Positions 48,833-61,471 of a DNA stretch of 64,000 bases are shown one piece after another. The stretch comes from Klebsormidium nitens (lineage: Eukaryota > Plantae > Klebsormidiophyceae), in contig DF237143.1 of the NCBI GenBank assembly GCA_000708835.1, positions 1-64,000 on the forward strand. The letters run 5' to 3'. How positions within the stretch are numbered: the first letter of the stretch is position 1; the number at the start of each line of letters is the position of its first letter. The position numbers were made by a program, and so were the translations under genes. The notes under the pieces are model-generated. The model was not told the DNA's origin. It searched no databases and saw only the letters and a program-made list of their open reading frames with translations.

Positions 48833-50217
48833 GCAGAGTGTAGACAATCTCCTTGTACTTTATTGCATCGGCAAGTCACAAATATGTCCAACAGAAATGT
48901 TCAGGCAGACCTTACAAATGATCTGCTGTCTTCCTTGCTGAGTGCCAATGTCACACCGTCTTTGTGCATACATACTAACTTCGGAGAGATGTCTATGACA
49001 CGGGTGTAACAACCATGCACGTAACCCAGCTTGCCCGACATTCACTGTCAGGATAGGCATCCGGCACACGCCCCAACATGTGCGTAGTATTGAGGCAAGA
49101 ACCTGACCTGTATGTGACGAACAGGAAAGTAACTGCAAAATGTAATATGGTTGAAAGAGTCAATTAATCTAAGCATACAATTCTCATTGATGTGAGCATA
49201 TGCGTGGTGTACACCGTACTAATCATGGATCGGTCGACAACCATAGGAATTATTCACATATAAACGCTATGCAATTGGTGCTTCAATTAATCAATCATGC
49301 GCACGAATGTGAGAGTCAATTGCATATATTCACGAACATACATTGACTGGTTTAGGTAGTAGTTGTTAACGGGTTTGCACCTTAGGTATAATCAATTTCA
49401 TGCAACTCATTCCGCAGGGCCCTATAAAAAAGTGGTTGAATATATGTACACGTTTAACCAGTTACGCGAGACGTTCATAGTTTATTGTTTCACATACATC
49501 GACCATTTGACTCAAAACATTCACTTATAGCATGTGATTCATAGGATTCGGAAAATTGAATCAGAATCGTCTAACAAATATGATTGTGTTTGAAACATGA
49601 AACATAGATTTCAGCGGTTAGTGTGCGATGCAATTTGGAGAATTTAATTTCAACCAAAGATGGTTTTGAATTGCGTGCATGCTTCATGTGCACGGCTTAG
49701 AATATGCAAACAATAAGATTAGATTAGCCAAAATTTTGGAACATTTATATGTTCCAAAATGTTCCATTATTTCAACAAAATTGTCACACCCAACTTTCCT
49801 ACATCGTCCATACAGCCTGCATGTTCCTACAGTTGCCACTCAACACGGATGCCTAGCTTGCTAATCCTGCTCGCCTAGATCAACGGCCATCACCGTTCCC
49901 GCGCAGATCAGTTTCGACACTCTTCGCAAATGATACACTACAAACGTTTTACCTGCACGGGGACACACAAACTCAATATTCCGCTCACAAGCTTAAGATT
50001 TTGCGTACAACGAAAGAGACATCAATAACCAATTTCGATCTTTAATTACATACGACTCCCGGAAATCCCGCATGTTTCTTAACGGCAGAGATGTCAAGGT
50101 GCGAAAGCACAAGAGGCATTTGGAAGCTTCGGTGACTGAACAACCTCGCACTGAACAAAGCTTGAACATTAGACAAGTACAGATTTGTGAATCAGGCAGC
50201 ACTTACCGTTCGGAGTT

Positions 50218-53200
50218 TTACTGGCCAGCCGAACGCTGGGAGATTTTCTCGCTCGAACCCTCAACCAGGTCAGGGGCAATGTCCTTGGCCCCCTTGTTCC
50301 CAGGGATCAACTGGTCAGCCTGTCAAAGAATGAAATGCAGATTGGAGAATCAGTACCTGGAATCCAAACCAAATCTTCGAAGCACCAGCTTGGCCACACT
50401 ACAACAGCGACCCCAAATTAACTCGACGTCTTGTCAAACCTGTTTTGACAGGGCAGCGGCAAGTTCAGAAGTGGAAGTCGTCGTCGACCAAAGCTCAGAA
50501 TTTCAAGCGCTAAAAGATACACAACCCTGTGGAGCAGATATTCATTGCACATAACAGCAAACCTCGATTATTTTCCAACAGATTGCCGCGTTTTTACCTT
50601 GGGGGGGCTGGGCAGCTTGGAGGCAATGGTCTCGGCGCGCTCCTTGATTCTTCCGGGGATGCTGGCGGGGTCGGTGATTCCACCAACCAGGTCATCCTTA
50701 ACAGTCGCGGGGTCAGCCGGGGTGCCCTTGGTGTCCACACCCACGAACTGGACGACGGGGGCGGAGGAGAAGCTCACGTTGGTGCGGTTGGTCTCCGCTC
50801 CTGCAAGAGAATTGGAGGGTAAAGTTAAATATGATCACTAATCCTGAATCACGCTTACCATGATGAACAGGGAAACAGGCGTGTATGGCATTTTTGATAC
50901 ATCCCCCGCAAATTTTGCTACAAAAAGAACGAGTTCCTGAATATCCAATAGATCGTTTCTCTTCGATGCGCTCCTTCGGCAAGAGAACAAGCATCAGTCT
51001 GTAAATCGAAACATGCTGCCTCAAAGAGAAGAAGCGAGGCGTAGCGGTTCGATGAAGAGATCACGATACACATCTAGTATTTTGTATCAGAAAGATAAGC
51101 AAGCGCAGCCATTTTCTCCAGAAACCCAGTTCTATGAAAACACAAGAAAACAGATTCTTTTTCTAGGACGTATGCCGCTTACCTTGGGAGCCATAGCTGG
51201 GGGCCGAGCGCTGCTGAATCTTCTCGCTGGAGCCTTCAACCAAGTCAGGAATAATGTCCTTGACGCCCTTGTCTCCAGGAATCACCTTGTCAGCCTGCAC
51301 AATGGAAACACTCGTAAGCTTACACACAGACTACTTCACACACCCTATCAGCCTGCTTCAAAGAGAACTATCGGCAGGATCTGTCAATGCCAGGAAACGA
51401 ACCGGGCAGGGCAGTATACAAGGCAGCTCTGCCATGAACCAAAACGAGATAATCCTTAGCGAGTAACAATCTTTGCCGAATGCATCTGTTCCAAGACGAC
51501 AAGGACAAGAGGCGGATGAAATCCAATATGCCTACGTGGCTATGAAAACCCAATGAAGTGGGGAACTCACGTTGGGCAGATCGGGCAGCTTTGAAGCAAT
51601 GGTGCCCGCGCGCTCCTTGATCCGTCCGGGGATGCTGGCGGGGTCGGTAACTCCGCCCACCAGGTCATCCTTAACGGTCTCGGGGTCAGCGGGGGTGCCC
51701 TTGGTGTCAACGCCAACAAATTGGAGTGCGGGGGCGGAGTCCAAGGAAACGTTCTTGCGGCTGAAGCCGTCTGCATCAGTGGTAATGAAGCTAGTTAAAA
51801 TTAAATTTATCGCTCGTCTGCTTCTGCCACACGCACGCAAAGATGTAATCTGTTGGCTAACTCGACGAATGTCGAAGACAGGAAGGCACAGCGAAAATCA
51901 CGTCGATAAACAGTTCATGCTACGCAAAGTAAACAAAGACATTCAGGTTCGAGTGAACAAATAAGACGTAACTTTTGAGAGATGTGCCCCTAGTAATTGT
52001 AGGTGGCAAGAGTGGCTTCATGCTTTCCTTCGCAATATCCGACGATTCTATTCTATCTTCAAAAGCTTACCAGCCCCGTAGTTGCCCAATCCAGGGGCGC
52101 CCCTCTGCCGAATCTTCTGGCTTGATCCCTCCACCACATCGGGGGCCACGTCCTTCAGACCCTTGTCGCTGGGAAGGATCTTGCTTGCCTGCACGCACAG
52201 AATTGATTTTGGTTGTGGAGATGGAAAACTATGGGTTAATGCTTGTACACAGAATGGCAGGACTATTCTATCTTATCACACGCTGCGGAGAGATATACAA
52301 AAAGAAAAAACACATTCATTGACTTTCTCACGACATGAACCTGACGTGACGCACAAAGAGCTCTGTAAGTGAGAGCCACAACCTGGCGTGTGTTGGACAA
52401 AAAGTTGGCCGAAACAGTTGGCCGGGGCGTGCGACTTACGCTGGGTGGGCTGGGCAGCTTGGAGGCGATGGTACCCGCACGCTCCTTGACCCGTCCGGGG
52501 ATGCTGGCGGGGTCGGTGACGCCACCGACGACGTCATCCTTGACGGTCTCGGGGTCAGCGGGGGTGCCCTTGGTGTCCAGGCCCACGAACTGAAGCGCGG
52601 GGGCGGCGTCCAAGGAAACGTTCGAGCGGCTGAAGCCATCTGCAGGTAGGAATATGTGTGAGCAGGAGATTGGAGAGATCGAAAAACGCCCCAGAGAGAA
52701 TGCACCGAAACCTAAGGACGGAATGGAGCTGCACTAGACGGCACATCAGTATCAACAAAAAAATTTACAATCGAAGATATCTCGGTGATCAGCTTGTAAA
52801 GACCAGACATGAAATATGAAAGACACAAGTTATCATTGTCAAGGGATCTGTATTGACAAGTGATATGTTTAGGCTACACGAACGATTCGCCACAAGCTGA
52901 CGTACCTCCGCCGTAGTTGCCAAGGCCGGGGGCGCGCCTCTGCTGGATCTTCTGGCTCGAGCCCTCAACCACGTCGGGAGCCACATCCTTCAAACCCTTG
53001 CCGCCGGGAAGGGCCTGGTCAATCTGCAAGCGGATCCCGCGAATTTTCGTAACACATTCAAGAGAAAAGTCGGTTCTAACATCTCATCTAACTTCTCAGT
53101 CGTGTCAGTTGTGCCCAAGAGAATTTTATTATAACTTCCCACACGTGTCAGTTATACCCAAGAGAAACTTAAGATAACGAAGTGTTTGTGCTGTGTGTGC

Positions 53201-56200
53201 CAAAACGGTCAGGTGATAACATGATGAAAAAATAGCCTTCTGAAGCTTCATACGACGAGAGATTTGTGCACAAGCCATGAGGAAGCAATGACAGGTGTGC
53301 CGCACACGTTTACAGTCACAACAATCCGAAAGTTTTCTGAAGAGGATTAAGACTTACGTTGGGAAGATCAGGCAACTTGGAAGCGATGGTACCCGCGCGC
53401 TCCTTGATCCTTCCGGGGATGCTGGCGGGGTCGGTGACACCACCGATGGCGTCATCCTTGACGGTGGCGGGGTCAGCGGGAGTGCCCTTGGTGTCCAGGC
53501 CCACGAACATCAGGGGAGCGGACTCGGTCATGCTCACACCCGTGCCCGCTGCGAGAGAAGAACTTTCGATTTGGAAAAAGAGAAAGCAAGAGAATTATGG
53601 ACAGACAAGGGATGTACACGTCGAGCCAAAACAGTATTTGAGTCATAACATTGTGGCCGCCAAGGTTGTGCGGCGTTCTGGCTGACGAAATCAACCGAAA
53701 CATATTCTCATTCTGTCCAACAAGATCGTGCATTATTCTGGCTGACGACATCGTCCAAAACATGAACGATAGCCCAGCGCTCAAAACGGCTAGATGACAG
53801 AGGACAATGCGTTTCGAAGCTCACATGCGTAACCTCCCTTTCTTTGCGGGATCTTCTCACTGGAGCCCTCAACCAGGTCGGGGGCCAGGTCCTTAACACC
53901 CTTGTCCCCGGGGATTGCCTGGTCAGCCTGCATTCAACGGATGAAATCGTAAGGGGTGTGAAAAGCTCTCGTAAAATGCAGTCTTTTAGTTTTAATACCT
54001 CCAACACGACGGCTGCCAACACTGTGCTCAGCGATCTTGATTACTGCGACATGCGGATGGGCTACTACGCTTCCAACGCAGACCTGTACGTATCTCTGAG
54101 TCCAAAGCGACAAGCAGAGGAATCTTCGTATAAAAGTTCCCTGTCTTAAAGTACATGAAATAAGTTTTCAATCTGCGAAACGTGTTGACAGATATCAACG
54201 CTACAAGGAATCTCACGTTGGGCAGGTTGGGCAGGTCGGGCTTCAGGTTGCCAATTTTGGAGGCGATGGTGTCGGCCCGCTCCTTGATACGTCCAGGGAT
54301 GCTGGCGGGGTCGGTGACGCCACCAACGACGTCTTCCTTCACAGTCTCGGGGTCGGCGGGAGTGCCCTTGGTGTCCAGGCCCACGAAGGTCAGGGAAGGA
54401 GCGGAGGTCATGCTCACGCCCGTGCCCGCTGATACAAAGATAATCCCGCTTTGAACGAGTGAACGAGTGCAACGCGAAGAAAAAGTGGGTCTTTTGAAGA
54501 CCTGAAGGACCTAAAGCGAATCCCGTACAATCAAAGAACACCAAGTCCATTGGTGGTGCGGGTTGTGAAGACTACGCCAACGTAGCAAGCTTCCCAAACA
54601 CTCAAATGTGCATAAAATGGCTGGCAGGTGAGAAGGGCTGTCCTGAAGCGACAGCTTCGCCTACGAGATATCATCACGAAGAAGAGGTGCCTCGTAGACT
54701 TACAAGCGTAGCCGCCCTTCTTTTGCGGGATCTTCTCGCTGGAGCCCTCGACCAGATCGGGGGCCAGATCCTTCACACCCTTGTCCCCGGGAATTGCCTT
54801 GTCAGCCTGCATCACAAAGAGTCATCCTTGTTACTAGGTCTGTCCAGAACAAGCGAACCCGTTGAATAACTTAACCATCTTCGGTACGATCCTGAAGCTC
54901 AAAAACGGTGATTCTCCGCACCCACAAGCTTTCTAAAGGCTCCTTGATCAGTTGAGCTTACAAACCGGTCAAGTCCTTGGTATTTTCAAGTGTCGGAAGG
55001 AAGCTTGACCTGTCTGCAGCGTACGAGATCTGGGACCACGATTGTGGACAACTGACAGAACGAGCATTTGCAGCTAGTGCTTCAAATCAACGTTAAACGC
55101 GTTCACTTTCGAAACTTCTTGAAACGGCGACTCACGTTGGGCAGCTCAGGCTTCAAGTTGCCAATCTTAGAGGCGATGGTGTCCGCACGCTCCTTGACAC
55201 GTCCGGGGATGCTGGCGGGGTCGGTGACGCCACCAACGACGTCATCCTTGACGGTAGCGGGGTCAGCGGGGGTGCCCTTGGTGTCCAGGCCCACGAAGGT
55301 CAGGGAAGGAGCGGAGGTCATGCTCACGCCCGTGCTCCCGCCCTCTACAAAAAACAATCGGGAACAAGTCAAAAGTCGTACCACTTCACGTATGGGCGAA
55401 ACATCAAGGTCAAGTCCCAAACCGATGCTGCGAAAACAACGAGGTCTCCATATCTGTCGCTTCATCCAATCTGGTTGGGAATGACCATCAAAATGCTGTT
55501 TTGAATTTTCAAAACAGCTGATAATCAGACCTCTCTTCTTTGCAATGGATAGAGCAAGAAGTTGAACAGACTTACTGGGATCGGTTCCCGCCCTTGGGCC
55601 AACTGTTACACTGCTGGAGCCCTCGCTTTGGCGGGGGGCCACGTTCTGAACTCCCCGGTCATTCCTGCCAACCTCCTGGTCAGCCTGTGAACGAAAATAA
55701 CGAAATCCGTCAAGCTGATTTTCATTCTGTGAGAAAACCGATTGAAATTGGACTTTTTAAGGCCCAAATGTTGCACAACGCCTGGTACACTCAAAGGCTA
55801 CTTCTAAACAAATCCTATTGGTCAACTTCTCGTACACAATAGTAGAAACAATATCGTCTGCGCAACATTCCACAGTTGAACCAGCTTAAGAAGCTCACTG
55901 GATAGAGAACGCTGCCATAATCTCATCGTGGCCTGTGCACGCCACACAGTAACTTCAGAGACGACCGAAGAGAAGATGCCGAAAACGAGGTAAGCCAAAG
56001 GCAAAGACGCACGCTGGCACCAGTCGGCAGGTCGGGCAACACTTGGCCAATCTTGGAGGCGATAGTGCCCGCCCGCTCCTTGATTCGTCCGGGGATGCTG
56101 GCGGGGTCTTTGACGCCACCGATGGCGTCATCCTTGACGGTCTCGGGGTCAGCCGGGGTGCCCTTGGTGTCGACCACGTAGGTGAGCTGAGGAGCAGCCG

Positions 56201-59200
56201 AGAAGCTCACGTTCTGACCGTCGCGCTCTGCACCAGACGAAATGGAAGAGAATGATACGCGTACTTCAGATAGACGTTGGCCGACTTGCGGTTTGCTGTT
56301 CACGTTTAACGGCAACTGAGCATGACATGAAAACCGGGTCAATAAATTGAATACAAACTTGGTTTTATTTAAAATCTATCGGATGATTCCTTGGAATGAC
56401 CAGACCGACAATCTCACTAAACCGACAAACAGAGGCAAGATAACGGAGCTGACACAATCTTCGACGTCGTTCGTTTCACTACGAGCCCTGAGTCTAAGAC
56501 AAGTCAACGGCGTTCAAGTTCGGGCAACAAGAGCAAGTAAAGTCGCGAAGGGCACAGACAAAAACGTTTTAACACCAATCGATGACACAATCCCCTGTAC
56601 GTACTTCCAGTGCCGTAGCTGGGGGCTGAGCGCTGCTGAATTTTCTCGCTGGAGCCTTCAACCAAGTCAGGGATCACGTCCTTGACGCCCTTGTCTCCAG
56701 GGATCACCTTGTCAGCCTGAAGGCAAAAACCGAGGAAGAACGTCAGATTGCGGTCTGCGAAGACGGCTTAGCGCACACGAACGACTGTACGGTTGTTTCC
56801 TTGTACCTTCCTCAAGGAAGAGTTCAACATTCGATTAGGAAGCTCAGTACCGGCCAAGGCCGTCCTACTTCATCTGGCCCTCGACAAATTGTGGGGGACA
56901 AAAATTTCGAGCTTCGTCATGCTCCTTCGCTTTAACGAAGAGAAGTTGCTATCAACGCAAGCAGTACCATGAGTTTTGGCATTTTGAGTTTCGACATTTG
57001 ACGTAACGTACATTCAGATCGGGGGTCAACTCGCCGATCTTGGAGGCGATAGTGCCCGCACGCTCCTTGATACGTCCAGGGATGCTGGCAGGGTCCTTGA
57101 CGCCACCGATGGCATCATCCTTGACGGTCTCGGGGTCAGCGGGCGTGCCCTTAGTGTCGACCACGTAGGTGAGCTGAGGAGCAGCCGAGAAGTTCACGTT
57201 CTGACCGTCGCGCTCTGGACCAGACCAATGAAAGGGATTGATACGTGACAGCCGGACAAAAGCTGACCTACTGACGGTTTGTTGTTCTCGTTTGCAACAA
57301 CGAAGGGAGCAAGATACGACAGTCAAATAGATAGGCAGATAACAACCCTGCTCCTTCTACGAAACGCGTTCAACTAATTCATTCAAGGGATACAGAATGA
57401 AATCTCCCTGGACCGTTCAAAAACCCGGTGCTAACGCAACCTTTGCCATCGCTCGTTTCACGAGCAAACCCGGAAGTGAGATCACACTAACTAAAAGCTT
57501 CAGTGAAAGGAGCAGCTTCGCCACACGCAAACATATATCGACCAACCAAGAGAGGGTCTCCCCTGCACTCACTTCCGGTGCCGTAGCTGGGAGCTGAGCG
57601 CTGCTGAATCTTCTCGCTGGAGCCTTCAACCAAGTCAGGAATGATGTCCTTGACGCCCTTGTCTCCGGGGATAACCTTGTCAGCCTAAAAGGCAAAAAAC
57701 CGAGGTGAAGCGTTAGGTTGCTGTAATTGTTTACGAACCGGCTTGACGGAAATTACTGCACACGAACAAACTGCGCAACTGTTTCTGTGCGATCATTTCA
57801 AGAGATAGAGCTCTAAATCTGGCTGGGAAGCTCAAAATTGTAGAAGGCCATCCCACTTCATTTGGTTCCAACGAATTTATTGCTGAGGAACCCGAAACTG
57901 TCAACACTTTGTCTGCTTCCTTCTGCTTTGAAGCGAATGAAGAGGCTGCTATCAGGAAGAGGCTGCTATCAAGAAAGTCACGAGCAATGCTATGAGTTCC
58001 GACATTTGAAAGTCAACAGATAGGAAACGTACATTCAGGTTAGGGGTCAACTGGCCAATCTTGGAGGCGATGGTGTCAGCACGATCCTTGATACGTCCAG
58101 GGATGCTGGCGGGATCGGTGACCCCACCGACGGCATCATCCTTAATGGTCGCGGGGTCAGCAGGGGTGCCCTTGGTGTCAACCACGTAGGTGAGCGGGGG
58201 AGCCTCCGTGAAGCTCACATTCTGGCGCTTGAAACCCTCACTCACTGTAAACATGGGAAATTGGATCAAGTAAATGTCTTGGCAAATCTTGTCCTCACAC
58301 GAGGTGTTTCAACATCACCTATCATCATTGCAGGTAGTGCTAAGCTAACTCAAAAGAGCGGGGCATGCCCGGCAGGCTCCACCCAATTGGAGAATATAAA
58401 TTGCAGCTCTCCAATGGGTGAAGCGAGGCAAAAACTAAGTCTATTGGGCACAGATGGCTTGCAGGATAAACGGTAAGGGGAAAGGATGAGTTCTCACAGC
58501 TCTTAGCTCCAAACTTGGGCGCGCTACGCTGAGGAATCTTGCCGGCAGTTGCCTCTGCCAGGGCGTTCTTCTTGTTAAGGGCATCCAGATTGGGGGTGAA
58601 CTGCATGGAAATCGACATGAAGATGTGTCAAGAAAGGCCGAATGAAATTGTAACGAAGATTGCACAGGGTTTGCATGTATGCAGTGCCAACTCACTAGAC
58701 CGTAATCGGACATTCTGATAGTTACGACCTGACTGCAAGGATGCTGACTCCCTCACCCAGACAAAACAAAAGAATGGCAAAGCAGCTTGCAAATGGACGC
58801 ATATGAAAATAGGCAAATAAGGGAGAGTGCTCAGAAACTCACTTCCTTAGCCTGCTTGCCAGCCTTCTCCACCTTCTGCGCAATTTGCCCCCACCGCTTC
58901 TCAACAACAGGGATGGTATCGGCATAGGCAGGCCCTGCAGATGTGGCGAGGGTCGCAGCCAGAAGCCCGGCGGCAAGACCTTTCCTCAGGGGGGCAGACA
59001 CCTGCAAGAAATAGTAGTTTGTATTAAGCTTAGTCACTTCTGGAAGTAAACTCAAACGGGACTCTAAAATCACCACCGCAGCAACCTGCCTGCGAGGAGG
59101 TCTGTGTTCAATTGCACCAGAACTCTTCCCAGATGCGGACCCGGCATTGGTTGATGCAATTGAGAAGAGGGACTTCAAGAAAGTAAATTACTTGGTTCTA

Positions 59201-59938
59201 GACTGTATCACTGTTTACGGGGGAACTGGAGAAAGGGGTTCCATCTTTCAATATGAGAACAGGCAAGCCTACGTGCAGAAAGCCGCCGTTTGCCAGAATG
59301 CGTCTTCACAGGATAGCTGGTGAGCTCGCTAGCGTTTCTGCAGGACTCCATGGCACATGGAGCGCTGTAGCACCAGCTCACCTAGTGGCTACCTTGCCCT
59401 ACATTTGAATCAGTGCCCGAGTAAGACGAAAAGCACAATGCCCCACGTTTTATCACTCAATTCAATGGAAAGCATTGCAGAGAGACAATCCTGAGTCTTC
59501 CGTCAGAGGCTGGAGGTTTCGTGACTTCCGCTTTCAGATTTGCATCCTGCAGTGCTGTGTGAGAAATCAAATCCTGCGGCACTAATCTCAATGCAGCTCA
59601 ACCACATTTTTCTGAACGCTCTGGCCTCCTTCTTCCATTTTCCTGAAACAACTTGATTGCCGAACTAAGTCGAACATGACTGCAATATTGTCTTAGACCT
59701 GATCAGAAAGGTTCCAGAGTTCTGCGAGTGAGCAGCATTCTCCTACCTTGTTCGTCTCATCCTTGGATGCTGACATGCACACCTTCCCCTCAGAGCGTCT
59801 GGACGACCTGACGCAAGGGACAGAGATGCGAGCTCCTGTGAAGGTGCTCTTTCCAAGAGTGCTGCCTGATGCGGCAACCCCCTGTCCCAGAGCAGCCTTG
59901 TTCAAGGTCGTAGCAGAAACCATGTTTGCAGAAGCCAT
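50218..59938 (-). CDS. Uncharacterised ~1,095-aa tandem-repeat protein with predicted chloroplast transit peptide and thylakoid-lumen signal; 21 exons
   Basis: Exons: 59938-59747, 59001-58843, 58600-58498, 58244-58033, 57684-57573, 57214-57012, 56716-56605, 56227-56013, 55684-55576, 55344-55136, 54806-54704, 54428-54217, 53927-53825, 53548-53358, 53023-52906, 52639-52440, 52188-52071, 51770-51571, 51294-51183, 50800-50598, 50319-50218. They total 3288 nt, all GT-AG and in frame to TAA. The N-terminus is Ser/Ala/Arg-rich, followed by LRKGLAAGLLAATLATSAGPAYA|DT. Confidence 0.87.
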
Positions 59939-61236
59939 TTTCGTACTGTACACTGTACAAGGAGCAACGCTGTGGAGGTTCGCTTGCTTTCGCGCTGATT
60001 GACGTTTTGCTAAACTGGTGAAGGCGGCCGTTCGCCTGCTTTACAATCGAAGCTGGGGGAGCGAAGTGAGATTCTTGGTTCGCCTCGAGATTCTTCCTCC
60101 GAGTATCTCCAGTGTCAGCTGCAATAAGGGGACCGTTGAAAGCGTTCTTCTTTGCAGAACAGGACTCGTGCGTCTGTGCCACGTAGGACTCCCCCTTCGC
60201 TTGCGCCTGCATGAGAATTGCTCAAACCTGCTAGGTACAGAGACGGAGGGCAACACTTGGCTCCCCCATTGGCCTCTGCTTGATGATGGATAATGCGTCC
60301 CGCCAGATTTTTGCTCCAGCGTTCTGCATGTTGGGCACGGCCTGCATGCAGAGAGGCTCTGCTTACAGCTCTGCATGAAGATACACGAGAAGCCGTCTCG
60401 ACCGCAGGATGATGCCGGCTGATCGGCATCGGACGGCTGCGAAGGCTGTTAGAATCGTGGCATGCACAGAGTTGCATGCACGCTTCCGAAGGTTTCCGTA
60501 CGGTACGATGCCGTCGGGGCCCAGGCGGCGCGCAAGGCGGCCGCGAAGTCAATGCGCGGCCGGCCGCGGCTGCCCTAGCCTAGCTAGATCTTCATGTTGA
60601 TGGAAATCCCACATCGACGGTTGAGGCTTGCGTCCAGTGATGGACGTCGATTTGCACCAGGTAATAGTAGTGTGTCGTCACGCCCTAACCGGGTGCCCTG
60701 GTTCGGAATAGCTTATACCCCGGGCTCCTGGTCGGAGTATTGGCAATTGCCAGCCTTGGTCTGCGCCTGGTAGGTGCCCGGGCTAATTGGGCGGAGGACC
60801 GGGTTGACCTGGTTGAAGTCCCCACACTGCCTGTTTCGAAATCTTCGGGTCAATCACCAAATTTGCGGAGCCCATGCATTTACTTCTGGGATTCTGTTGC
60901 ACAGCGGGATTAGGGAAACGGCTCTCCATCTCCACGGTTTAACCAGTCCACCAAAGCACTGCTTCTATACAGAGCACTGTCGGGCGAGGTAACCGCGCTA
61001 ACGAGCTCAATTTGGCAGCAGACAGCTTTGCAATGTGCACAGGGCGCCGGATGAAGCGGAGGCGGGACAAAACGATTGCATCATTTCAGAGCTCCATCCT
61101 CTGCTCTTCAATATCAAGTGCTGCGGCTAGGAAAAGGTGCTTCCAAGTTCCAGGGATTTCCAGCATTTCAAAAGATGCCGACTACGCTGACCAACTCCGG
61201 TCATTGATCTCCGGCCCTGTCGCCCTACGGCGAGTA

Positions 61237-61471
61237 CCTGACAGAGCGGGGTCAAGGAGAATCGGTAATTTCAGGACTGGGGCCGAAGACGCTGTTGGAA
61301 GCGGTGACGTGGCGAGGTTTAGGGGGCAAAACCCTGGGCTAGGCTCCATTTGGCCAATCATGAATAGGAAGGCCCCGGTCAAAACCTAAACCTCGCCACG
61401 TCAGCCTTTCCAGCAGCGTCCCCGGCCCCGGTTTTGAAATTACCGATTCTCCTTGACCCCGCTCTGACAGA
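61237..61471. mobile_element. MITE-like element, 235 bp, with ~87-bp imperfect terminal inverted repeats and putative TA target-site duplication (Tc1/mariner-Stowaway style)
   Basis: 61237-61323 is the imperfect reverse complement of 61385-61471 (e.g. cagagcggggtcaaggagaatcggtaatttca and tgacgtggcgaggtttagg). TA lies at 61235-61236 and 61472-61473. No coding capacity. Confidence 0.7.

Noticed and set aside
50218-59938. Calling the repeat protein an EPYC1-type Rubisco linker
   Set aside because: The repeats lack Trp and the W[R/K]xxL-type Rubisco-binding motif of chlorophyte linkers, and the AxA lumen signal argues against a stromal location. It is kept only as a testable alternative.
60520-60590. 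Helitron 3' end (GC-rich palindrome followed by CTAG)
   Set aside because: The CTAG is not followed by the T expected of an A|T insertion site, and no 5' TC end or second copy is identifiable.
60595-60830. Solo LTR (TGTTG...AATCCCACATCG start; GTCACGCCC motif)
   Set aside because: The words resemble plant LTR termini, but I found no matching TG...CA pair with a TSD, no PBS/PPT and no second LTR or pol remnant.
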